DNA of 64,000 nucleotides from positions 868,001 through 932,000 of the forward strand of contig VRMN01000004.1 of the NCBI GenBank assembly GCA_008690995.1. Direction: 5' to 3'. The stretch is from Porphyridium purpureum. Taxonomy: Eukaryota. The number at the start of each line of letters is the position of its first letter. The stretch's first letter is position 1. The notes under the pieces are model-generated. The model had not been told where the DNA came from. It saw only the letters and a program-made list of their open reading frames with translations, and did no database searches. This document shows positions 54,442-64,000 of this stretch, in pieces. Both the position numbers and the translations under genes were made by a program.

Positions 54442-57400
54442 TCATTCAGAGTCAGACTCTTCGATAATTTTCATCAAGTCTGGCTCAGAATCGGACGCCG
54501 GCATTTCGTCGGGTACTTCTTCATCATTTTCCCCTGCCATGTAGTCTTCGCGTCCATAGTATGGCTTCAGATGTTGGATCGGAAAAACATCATGACAAGC
54601 CACACCCTCAGGCAAAACCACTCGGTAAGCATGCGAGCTTACCTTCTCAATGACAGGCACCGGACCAAGAAACTTTGGTGCCTCCAAATCACTCTTGTTC
54701 GGCCGCAGTTGCGGCGCCGTGACCAACACTTGATCACCAACTTGAAACTCCCGGGCATCCTTGCGTCGATCGAAGAACTTCTGCATTCTCCACTGGGCTT
54801 CGATCAAATTGTCGCGGACTTCTTCATGGACTTTGCACAGGCGAAACCAGTGCTCCGCCATGTCCTTTGTCTGTCCGTCGCGCGCAGGCCTCCACCCTTC
54901 GCTCGGTGGAAACCAAGGATCCCTTCCATATACCACTTTGAACGGCACGAATCCAGTGGCACTGCTTGGTGCAGAGTTGTACGCAAACTCGTACAACGGC
55001 AAGTCTCGCACCCAGCCACTATTCGTCGCCATTAACTTGAGCATTTCCCGAATCACGCGGTTCACTCGCTCAGTTTGGCCATCTGTCTGCGGGTGGTTGG
55101 CGGTAGACATTGCCAACTTCATGCCCACCCGCTTGCTCAGCTGCTGCCAAAATGTTGACGTAAACAGCGGATCTCGGTCCGATACAATCGACTTGGGGTA
55201 TCCGAAGCGGCTCACGACGTGCTTCACGAACAAGTCAGCGCAACGCTTTGCTGTCAAGTCCTTGCGCGTCGGGATAAACAGCGCCATCTTCGAATAGCGA
55301 TCCACCACAGTCATGATTGCATCACAGCTGCCTTCGCTCCGAGGCAGCTCCGTCACGAAGTCCATCGAGATGTCGACCCAAGGTCCTTCTGGGATCGACA
55401 AGGGCTTCAGCTTTCCAAACGACCGATTCTCTGACTTTGTCACTTGGCATGCATGACAAGTCTTCACAAAACGGCTCACGTCTCGCTTCATCTTTGGCCA
55501 GTAGAAGCGAGTGATCAAAGATGCATACGTCGTGTCTGCCCCACGGTGTCCTGCTGTCGGGATATCGTGGTGGAGTTGCATGACACGCTCTCTGAACTTC
55601 CTCGGCACGCAAACGCGATTCCTCAAGTACAAGAGCCCAGCTTCGGTTCGAAAACCCTGGTGGGTCGGTAAATTACCCATCAAAGTACCAAAGTCTGGGT
55701 CACTCGAGTACGAACCCACGAATGCTTGGAAACTCGTACCAAATTCATCACATCGAACCTGGTACTCTAGCGCATGTAACTCTGGCTTCCTCGACAAAGC
55801 ATCGGCTACCACGTTCGACTTTCCCTTCACATAGTCGATTATGATATCAAACTCGGCTAAAAAGTCCAGCCACCGTGCTTGCCGGCCATTCAGCTCCTTC
55901 TGCGTCATCAAATGTTTCAACGCCTCATGATCTGTATGCAGCACAAACTTTGCTCCGTATAGATAAGGTCGAAACTCTCGCAGACAGTGAATGACGGCCA
56001 TGAGCTCACCTTCATAACTGCTGTACCTGGTCTCTCGGTCCAGCAGCTTCCTTGACGTAAACGCGACCGGTCTGCCTTCCTGTGCCAGCCATCCCCCCAC
56101 CGCGACTTCAGAGCGGTCCGTGTACACCTCAAATGGCTTTTCAGGGTCTGGCAAGGCCAACACCGGCGCTTCCGTCAACATCCCGACAATCTTCTTGAAG
56201 GCCGACTTGCCTTCATCTCCCAGTTCGATCAGCTGCTTCTTCGACTTTGCGTTCTGCAACAGCGAAGTCAGCGGCGCCACGACGGTAGAGTATCCTTTGA
56301 CAAACCTGCGAAACCAGTTTGTCATTCCCAAAAAGGATCTCAACTCCGTCACCGTCTTTGGCACGGGCCAATCTCTCAAAGCTTCCACCTTCCGTGGATC
56401 CATCTTCACGCAACCGTTTCCCACAATGTTCCCCAGGTATTCGACTTCAGAAACGAAGAAGCTGCACTTCTTGCGCTTCAAACGATACCCCGCCTTTTGC
56501 AAGCGCGACAACACTTCCTTCAGGACCTCAGCATGCGACTGCCTATCCTTGGTAAAGACCAAAATATCGTCCAAGTAGACAATGACGGTCTTGTCCAGCA
56601 GATCTGCAAACAGCTCGTTCATGGCCCTCTGAAATGTTGCCGGCGCGTTGCAAAGACCAAACGGCATCACATGGAACTCGAACTGTCCGTACCTGGTCTG
56701 GAACGCGGTCTTCGGCACGTCCTCTCTCCGAACACGCAACTGGTGGTATCCCGATGCCAAATCCAACTTTGAAAAACAATGAGCTGCGCCCAGTCGATCC
56801 AGCAACTCATCCATGTTTGGCAACGGATACCGGTCCTTCACAGTTGCGTCGTTCAACGCCCGATAATCGACGCACATCCTCATGCTGCCGTCTTTCTTCT
56901 TCACGAGCAGCACGGGTGCTCCAAACGGGCTCTGACTCGGCTGGACGAATCCTTTGTCCAGCAAGTCATCCAAAGTCTCTCGGAGGACTTTCAACTCCGC
57001 AGGGCTCAGTCGGTAGACCCTGCCCACTCTCACAGGCTTTTCATCTTTCAGCCTAATCACATGCTCCACTGTTCGGCTCTCAGGCAGCCCTCGCGGCTCC
57101 TCGAACAGATTTTCGAAATCATTGAGCATCTTCTTCACAGAGTCAGCTTCTTTGCGCTCCACTGAACAGGGCTCCTCCCTTCCTTTCAGCACGCCGAGGT
57201 AGCACTCTTCTACCTCCTGACTCTTCAACAGCCGACGGAGCTCTTTCCGCGGCACCAGCATCTGCGTCATGCTCCAGGCCCTCTTCTCTCCGTAGGCCAA
57301 CATGCCAGACTGCCAATCAATCACTGGGTTCTCCCGCTTCAGCCACTCCATGCCCAAGATTGCGTCTTGTCCCGCAATCCGGCAAATGGCAAAGTTAGCG

Positions 57401-57840
57401 GTTCCTGAGTACCCATCGCTCAGTGTAAACTTGACATTGGAAATTTCTCCGGCTGTCTCCAATACAGACCCGTCTGCCAGGGTCACATGATCTCTCTTCC
57501 ACGACGCCTTCTGCTTCAGGCCGTCGGATTTCAGCACAAAGTCCACGCTCATAAAGTTGTCCGTCGCGCCACTGTCAATCAAAAACGTGGCCTCTCCGTC
57601 GGACTTGTGCACTTTTCCTCGAACTCGAAGAAGCATGGCAGCTCCCATCCCTCCAAGTTCCTTGATCACGGGCTGATTTGCGCTCGAGTTTCGCCCACAA
57701 GGTGTCGGACAGCCAGACCTTGGCTTACCAAGGCCACCACAGCGGTCTCCATTGCCGCCCCTAGAGGTCTCGTAACGTCTGCGAGCCTCCTTTCCCTCTG
57801 ACTGTCCGAGGAACCTCTCTACTCGAGCTCCTCGTTTTTT
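54442..57840 (-). CDS. pol: Gypsy Pol (PR-RT-RNase H-IN), -1 frame relative to gag, no chromodomain
   Basis: LIDSGAT; RMCVDYRALN, LDLASGYHQ, MPFGL, YLDD; IN H..AGH..CHAC, SMDFV, SDRD, HPQTDGQTER; GPY/F-like tail. Start given at the slippery site. Confidence 0.95.
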   Translation of the reverse strand, partial: KKRGARVERFLGQSEGKEARRRYETSRGGNGDRCGGLGKPRSGCPTPCGRNSSANQPVIKELGGMGAAMLLRVRGKVHKSDGEATFLIDSGATDNFMSVDFVLKSDGLKQKASWKRDHVTLADGSVLETAGEISNVKFTLSDGYSGTANFAICRIAGQDAILGMEWLKRENPVIDWQSGMLAYGEKRAWSMTQMLVPRKELRRLLKSQEVEECYLGVLKGREEPCSVERKEADSVKKMLNDFENLFEEPRGLPESRTVEHVIRLKDEKPVRVGRVYRLSPAELKVLRETLDDLLDKGFVQPSQSPFGAPVLLVKKKDGSMRMCVDYRALNDATVKDRYPLPNMDELLDRLGAAHCFSKLDLASGYHQLRVRREDVPKTAFQTRYGQFEFHVMPFGLCNAPATFQRAMNELFADLLDKTVIVYLDDILVFTKDRQSHAEVLKEVLSRLQKAGYRLKRKKCSFFVSEVEYLGNIVGNGCVKMDPRKVEALRDWPVPKTVTELRSFLGMTNWFRRFVKGYSTVVAPLTSLLQNAKSKKQLIELGDEGKSAFKKIVGMLTEAPVLALPDPEKPFEVYTDRSEVAVGGWLAQEGRPVAFTSRKLLDRETRYSSYEGELMAVIHCLREFRPYLYGAKFVLHTDHEALKHLMTQKELNGRQARWLDFLAEFDIIIDYVKGKSNVVADALSRKPELHALEYQVRCDEFGTSFQAFVGSYSSDPDFGTLMGNLPTHQGFRTEAGLLYLRNRVCVPRKFRERVMQLHHDIPTAGHRGADTTYASLITRFYWPKMKRDVSRFVKTCHACQVTKSENRSFGKLKPLSIPEGPWVDISMDFVTELPRSEGSCDAIMTVVDRYSKMALFIPTRKDLTAKRCADLFVKHVVSRFGYPKSIVSDRDPLFTSTFWQQLSKRVGMKLAMSTANHPQTDGQTERVNRVIREMLKLMATNSGWVRDLPLYEFAYNSAPSSATGFVPFKVVYGRDPWFPPSEGWRPARDGQTKDMAEHWFRLCKVHEEVRDNLIEAQWRMQKFFDRRKDAREFQVGDQVLVTAPQLRPNKSDLEAPKFLGPVPVIEKVSSHAYRVVLPEGVACHDVFPIQHLKPYYGREDYMAGENDEEVPDEMPASDSEPDLMKIIEESDSE

Positions 57841-58625
57841 GACTCCAGCGAGTCTCCCTCCAGCTGCTGGATAGTCTTCCTTGCCTCGGGACACTTCCTG
57901 GCGATGTGTCCCGGCCTTCCACAATTCCAGCATTTGAGCTCGGTACGAACACGCCTCTGACCCTGCACATGTCCCAGCTCCATCGGGACAGGTCCTTCCT
58001 GCGCTGCGCGACCGAAAAATGGCGTCCTCACACTTGAATCACGCACGCCGCGGGTCGCATGAATGGCGTCGTCCACGACCACCGCCACCTGCGCAGCCTC
58101 CGCGAACGTACTCACTCCTCGCTTGTACACTTCCAAGCGGACCTCGGGCTTCAGACCCCTCACAAAGCGGTCCATCATTTCTGCGTCCGACAAGTCCGGA
58201 ATCACGAGTGCCGCGTCCTGAAAAGCCGCCACATACGCATGGGCCGGGCCTTTCTGCGAAAGACGCGTCAACTTGTCCCTTGCACGCCTGATCGAATCCT
58301 GCGGCGTGAACCGAGCACTCACGAGGGCAGCAAAATCATTCCACGTCGTGGGGATCTCCTGCGGGTAGCGCTCGCAGTTCAGAACCCACCAATGAAGCGC
58401 CTCTCCCTCGAAGTAGTCTGATGCCAAGTCCACAGCACGCCTCTCCGCAAGCAGACGTTTCTCCAAATCGTCCGGGTGGATGCTCTCCAACAACCGGCCC
58501 AAGATCTTCTTTCTCGCCTGGAACAACCACGTCTTCACAACCAGAAGGTCCCTCTTCCCGTCGAACCTCATCAGACGGGCCTCCTTCGGGCCACGTGGTC
58601 CCAGCGTCTCCGAATCAATCTCCAT
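57819..58625 (-). CDS. gag: Gypsy Gag
   Basis: FDGKRD..VKTWL, GEALHWW, F.RGLKPEVR, GPVPMELG, knuckle CWNCGRPGHIARKC. Confidence 0.93.
   Translation of the reverse strand: MEIDSETLGPRGPKEARLMRFDGKRDLLVVKTWLFQARKKILGRLLESIHPDDLEKRLLAERRAVDLASDYFEGEALHWWVLNCERYPQEIPTTWNDFAALVSARFTPQDSIRRARDKLTRLSQKGPAHAYVAAFQDAALVIPDLSDAEMMDRFVRGLKPEVRLEVYKRGVSTFAEAAQVAVVVDDAIHATRGVRDSSVRTPFFGRAAQEGPVPMELGHVQGQRRVRTELKCWNCGRPGHIARKCPEARKTIQQLEGDSLESKNEELE
57834..57840 (-). promoter_or_regulatory. -1 ribosomal frameshift heptamer A AAA AAC
   Basis: In gag frame (TCA AAA AAC) four codons before the gag TAG; pol is in the -1 frame. Confidence 0.85.
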
Positions 58626-59176
58626 GCTTTCTGGAAACAAGCACACTCAACGACGACAACGACACAAACAGCGAGTCTCCGCTGCTCACACTCTCGAACA
58701 GCTGCGCGCAACACGAACGGGCTTCGATTGCCCTCACGAACACGAACCGACACACGAAGCAGTCCTCTCACTCACACACACGCACAGCAATCCGCTCACG
58801 CACACACAACAAAGCACACAGCAATCCTCCTCTGTTGCGCTGGATGGGGAGCGGCCCGGGCCTTTGCACTGGGGCGGGGATTATAGATGCGATCTTGTAT
58901 GGAGGTGTTCGGCGCCTACCTTCGCAAAGGTGGTCGTGCGACACTAAGATGAATCCTAGTGAAGGCTGACCGTTACGGCTCTTGCCTACTAATACGTGCT
59001 AAGGCAGAGAGCGAGTCCGCCGTCAAGGCCTAGGCCTATCGTACAGCCAAGACTGAGACCCGCTTCCACCCGTCGCACCCTCCGGATCGACTTACTCGAA
59101 CCCCCTTACCCGCAGACTCTCCCACCCAGGCAACCCCAGAGAAACTCTAAGAGAACCTTAGAGCAACCCCAGGTAA

Positions 59177-59191
59177 CCAGCGATGATACCA
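59177..59191 (-). other. Primer-binding site TGGTATCATCGCTGG (initiator tRNA-Met-like)
   Basis: Starts 2 nt inside the 5' LTR boundary; first 8 nt equal the common TGGTATCA iMet PBS. Confidence 0.8.
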
Positions 59192-59193
59192 AA

Positions 59194-59474
59194 TGTTACC
59201 AATGCTGTGCCTTTTTTTACTCTCTGCGTCTTCTTCTTACCTCTTCTCTCTCCGAGCAAGACCTGACCGGCTAGTCCGGGCAGGCGCGTCGCCTTTTTAT
59301 ACCCTTACTTCCGCCAGGGACAGCAAGGTGCCAAGAGAGATGACAATGCAAATCATTGGCATTTCTGGAACCTCTAGAAGCTTCTAGAAACGGTTAAACG
59401 GTCTACCGGTTTAACGGCTTACCGGTTTCGGATTAACTGAACCGTTCTAGGTCACTGGGGTCGAACGGATAACA
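59194..59474 (-). repeat. Gypsy 5' LTR (LTR-C, 281 bp), chimeric, with 20-bp deletion
   Basis: Deletion between TTCTG direct repeats; left part identical to LTR-B, right part shares SNPs with LTR-A. Confidence 0.95.
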
Positions 59475-61468
59475 CTTAATATGACGAAGGCTGTGCTTCA
59501 ACGGTGCGGACGATACTTTGTGCGGTGCATGACACGACGATAGCATCACTTCTAGTCAGACGACACAGCAAAGCAGAAATTGTGCATTACAAGCATCGCG
59601 AATTCTGCAAACTTTCTAAGAGCTTGCACTCTACTAAGTTTGCATCGAAGGAGGTTATATTTTTGTTCTTGATCGCTATTGCGAATTTTCTCGTCAATGT
59701 GGAATACGGAGAGCAGTTGGCGACTTCATTTGAACTTGTCCGAGGAATTGCGCTACTATCGCGCTAATTCTCTCAACTGACAACCAATACACGCGCTCCT
59801 GAAAAGGCACGTCGGAACAAGCAAGCAATCAAAGGTGTTGCTGGTAACCCGTCTGAGAAACCAACAGCTATAGGAGCTGGGTACACGCTCAATCAGGATG
59901 CACCACTTCTGAAATACGGCTCACTGCTTACACCGTAAGTCAGCCTTGTGCGGCTCATTCCGTTCTATTCGCGCATGTATTCGCCTATATAAGGGTGCCC
60001 CGTGACAGAAATCTTCTTTTCTTCGCTCTTCTAGTCCTCTTCCCCCTTAAGGGGAGTCACAGTAAAAAGAAACATATCGAGTTGGCAAAGAACAAGCGTC
60101 TGGATTTTACGATATGGATACAGCTAAAAAAGGCACTTTGAGGTCTGGACGTGTCGAATTGTATGTTGATATTTTGAATCGCTAGCTAGGAGATACCGCT
60201 CGTGCTTGCGTCAAGGAATCCGCACTTGTGCGAGGCATGTCACAAACTTGCCTCATCAAATCTCTTGACGGTGCGAGATCTACCTTTGTGAATCCCAATA
60301 CCAGGAAACTTCGATTCGCTACCATTGCAGGCCTCCGCGTCGACTCTCACGCCAATTCTTCCACCATCGAAAGTGACTATAAAAATGATCATGACGAAAT
60401 GATCAGGTAGATCAGGAAGAGGAGATGAATTCCAACATGGTTGAAAGTAAAATCAAATTCAACGGCCGCGAGAAAATTGAATCCAACGAAAGTGACACTT
60501 ATTCCCTGAGAGATCACAAAAAACTAAGAAATGAGAACCATGGAGATTGAGTGATTGAAGCTGGCCAGAGCCTCATGGCTTAACTTGATTGCGACTCGGT
60601 TCGCAATCTGGATCTTCAAAATCTGAGTCTGAGCCTGAGCACACTTCTCCACATTGCGAGAAAAAGGAAGCAAGGAGAGAACTGCCGGAAACGAAAATAT
60701 CGCAAAAACGACAACGGTGACGTATGCATCTGTATTTTCGCAGAGTCCGTAGGAATGTAGTTGTGCTGGTAGATCTCGTCTTCTTGGAAGTTTGCGCTTC
60801 TGCTCTCATAGACTAATTGAGATGATAATCGCAATATAAATGCGATCTGATATTGCCAAATCACACAGCATCCATCGCGAACTTCCCTTTTTATGCCACT
60901 CAGCAATTAATTCTGGGATTGAACCAAGTATCACACAGAAAGCACTTCATGCAGAACTCGATGAGTAGCGGAATGGCCCGTATGATGAAGTCTCACGTCT
61001 CAATTCCTGCGAGATCAAATAATATGGGATGACACATGGTGTAGAAAATGAATTTTGAAACTCAACAAGTGCTGAAACTTCAAGGTGGGCCGGTGTCGAA
61101 AAGTAACCGTGGCAAAGACAAACAGTGGCTGTTGAGAGATGCTTTCGCTCCACGGATAGCCGCATTGCGCCTCGTCTGCATGACCCCACCAATTCATAAG
61201 TACCTAATTTACAAAATTGACCTACGAGAAACTTAATTGAAATGTGGCCGCAAGGACCGAGACATGTATGTGCGACCGCGTCCTAAAACATCAGGTTGAA
61301 ATACTGTGCAAACTGCATGCAAAAACTCACAGTCACATTGGCACAGGAAGACACTGGCTCTTTGCCGGCGAAGAAGATTTGGTAGAAATGGGATTGCAGC
61401 GACTGTCGCGAGCGACCTGATGCAGGTCTCAGTATAACGAGTACGCACAGGTACAGTCCCTAAGTGTA
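59475..61468. repeat. 2.0-kb duplicated segment, copy 2
   Basis: Matches 48532-50525; homology ends at AAGTGTA. Confidence 0.97.
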
Positions 61469-61513
61469 CTAAACGTACAATTATGGGGTGTACCGTGTGG
61501 TACAGCTGACTTA

Positions 61514-61699
61514 TGTTGAGGGCCGCGGGATTGGGTTATTCCGAGGGCTGAACCCGCCGGGCAAGCCGTTGCGGCGCCGGAAGGCGGGTATAAAACAGAG
61601 CCAGCGGCAGCTGAACGGAGAAAAGGCTAGGAAGAAGAGAAGAGGTAGAGGAGGAGAGAACGAGAAAAAAAGGAAAAAAGCTCCGTTTGTGACGCAACG
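61514..61699 (+). repeat. Possible LTR fragment of a related family
   Basis: GGGTATAAAA then purine-rich GAGAAGAGGTA and AAAAAAAGG blocks in the same order as in the Gypsy LTR; TGTTG...CAACG ends; no TSD. Confidence 0.3.
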
Positions 61700-64000
61700 C
61701 AAACTTTGCCCACAATTATTGTGCGACACATCTCTCCAGCTTACAAATTCATGGATGATATATTTCTGTGTGGCCTAGACACAAACAAGAATTCCTTTGT
61801 CCAAAACCTCAACTCGAGCTTCATGACTTGCAAAATTGAAATATGAACATCTAGTATCCGGGAAAAAGCATTTCGTATGCTTTGGTATACCGTTTTCACG
61901 AAAGACTACGCAATAAACTCATTTCCAATAAGGATTCGGGGACAACCGTCTGCGCAATTTCAAAGCGTGTGTTTACTTCAGCTGGAGGTCTGAATGGATA
62001 AAGGCATTCGAGTTCTCCGGTTGTAGCATTCATGGCCTCGTAGCTGCATGAGTTACCGCCGATCGGACTTGACAACAAGCTGCTACGAATCAACGATTTT
62101 GTTCTGGAAAAGATGCATCGCTCCACTCAAAACACTTTTTGTCAAGTTGATTTTGCATTCGGAGGCAAATGCATGATCACTGTCTTCTCTGACGCTGAAT
62201 ATCCTCATGGGAAGAGTATTTCATACGTGCAACAATCTTGTGTCTTCAGATTGCTTAATACAATCAAATAACTTGCTGTCATTTCGAAGAAGTGCGGCAA
62301 AAAGAAGGTTGTAACTTACGACACTATCCATACCAAGTATACGATCATTTTCAATGAGCTTTTCTATGCCAAACTCTAACGAGAGATCGATCTTCGAAGT
62401 TCCCGGTGTGAACTTTCGCATTGCAAGAAAGTTCGACTGAAAGGAAGTTGAGGAGATCCTGGGTACATTGAATGTCTAGAAATATGCACATATCGAGAAA
62501 TCTTTCGCTTGCCTTCGAAAAGCTCAAGATGGTGACCGGATCAAATACATCTCGTGCGAGGGTGTTCACAATCTGACTGACGTCGCCACCAAACGCGGCT
62601 CAAAAATTATATAAATTGGTCACTGGTACGTTGATATAGATTGCCATGGAAACCTGAACGCAGGCGAGTGGTAGAGTACGCAACTAGTAAGTACTTTTTA
62701 TGTAGACTAGATAGTTTGCCAGCTGAAGCAAATCGAAGAGCGGTGAGACTTGCGTCCAAGTAATGGAAACTCACTTGCGCGCGTTAGTTTAGTAAGCTTT
62801 TTTATACTGTTCTGGTACTCGCAAAGCGCGTCCACGCCCCTTGTCGGTGTCTTCTCCTTCTTATGCCACAGCCAGCGGCCACCATGAATAGGTCACTTTT
62901 GAGCGTGCGGAAGCCGCACGCTCGCACGAAATGTGACCATGATGACCCAGTTTTCAAAGCTTGAGACCGGAAGCGACCACCAATCATTGCGTATGCGTAA
63001 TCAAAGAGTCCAGCGTCTATTAAGAAAAGGTCGTCATGGCAGGCTCTGCCACTCCGAAGCGGGAGTTACAGAGCCAAACAATCCAAATATTGTAATGTCA
63101 GAAAGCAAGATGTTCTTAATCTGTGAATTCGAGAGGAAAGCGTCCGGGCACTCGGTCCTGTCAGCTTTTCGTGGACCACATTGAGTGTGATTCAATATAC
63201 GAGCCAGGCACAACCTACCATAATTATGGGTATCTACGTATGCGCGTGTCCTCCGGAATAATGTAAAACTTGCATTTTTGTGTTGGAGATAAAGCAGCCT
63301 GCCTTGTCAAGGGTCCAGAACCACGAATATGGGTTTGAAAGAGGCCATTCGTTGGAGCGGAGGGCTTTGAAAAGGAAGCGCGTGAGCCCGGACGTTGAGG
63401 GGCGCGACCCGGTGGTACAAATTCCACGGGAGGACGCAGTGTGACGGGATGAATCCATATCCGGGCTCGGACGTGTAAATTGGCGGGCAAGGCACAAACT
63501 AGCACATTTTCCAAGCCGGGCGCCTTCGTAACTGTTGGGAGACTGGAACTCTTTTCAATACGGGGTTACTTAAGGCGCCGCGAAAGGACTTTTGATGCAG
63601 ACTATTATATCCAGTGAGGCATGCTTTAGCCGGCTGCAATATTCATGAGGCCGAAAAAGGGAGACAACGGAGCCGAATCGAATCTAAACAGGAAATAGAA
63701 ACGAACGCGTCAAGAAGGAAAAGGTGCTTTCTTTCGAGGTAAATGTGTGAGCAAAGTGATGTAAGTTGAAGGAGATAGAACAACACTTTGACGGGGATTC
63801 TTCTTTGCTTTGCATCGTAAACAACACATCTATTGACAGGGTGGATTTCGGGCTGCGAACAGGTTTGACCGGAATGGAGTAAAAGACTTTGAATATGTCA
63901 ATATGAGAGAGCGGTATAAAATGAAAGTGTCGCCGCGGTTGTGTGCACATAGCTGTAATACGGCGAGAAGCGCAGACCTCTGGTATAAATGACCTGCTGG

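Larger units (their letters stand above)
54022..59474 (-). mobile_element. Ty3/Gypsy LTR retrotransposon with intact gag and pol; no TSD
   Basis: LTR-PBS-gag-PR-RT-RH-IN-PPT-LTR; flanks CGCAA / CTTAA do not match. Confidence 0.97.

Noticed and set aside
63380..63550. GC-rich stretch superficially like rRNA
   Set aside because: No conserved SSU/LSU signature found on either strand; no tRNA, rRNA or CRISPR array recognised anywhere in the window

Overview
Eukaryotic nuclear DNA: a compact, apparently intron-less, GC-rich gene block (about 6.5-37.4 kb, about 20 protein genes) flanked by transposon-rich, ORF-poor DNA. MAF-type plastid transit peptides, a fused plastid GlyRS and the lack of introns suggest a unicellular red alga (Porphyridium-like); this is inference. 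Housekeeping genes include MscS, mitochondrial uL6, a GNB1L/ASA1-like WD40, SARAF, P2, GlyRS, RsmD, a SET methyltransferase and a STE20 kinase. Unusual genes are two secreted Hint-domain proteins (one cupredoxin-DUF305-Hint), a single-domain RNase III with two dsRBDs, and a bacterial-type WbpB-WbpD fusion. The right 26 kb is an LTR-retrotransposon nest: (i) an intact Copia (241-bp LTRs, AACGC TSD) with in-frame gag-UGA-pol and a candidate tRNA-independent self-priming site; (ii) a decayed GalEa-like Copia; (iii) a coding-intact Gypsy with an A-AAA-AAC -1 frameshift and chimeric LTRs tied to a 2-kb duplication; (iv) an intact 1070-aa orphan RING-finger ORF whose DNA is saturated with ATAT-centred perfect palindromes (22 CATATG, 10 GATATC, 18 palindromes of 10-14 bp), the most striking unexplained signal here. 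All counts are by eye and all family calls are motif recognition; no searches were run.
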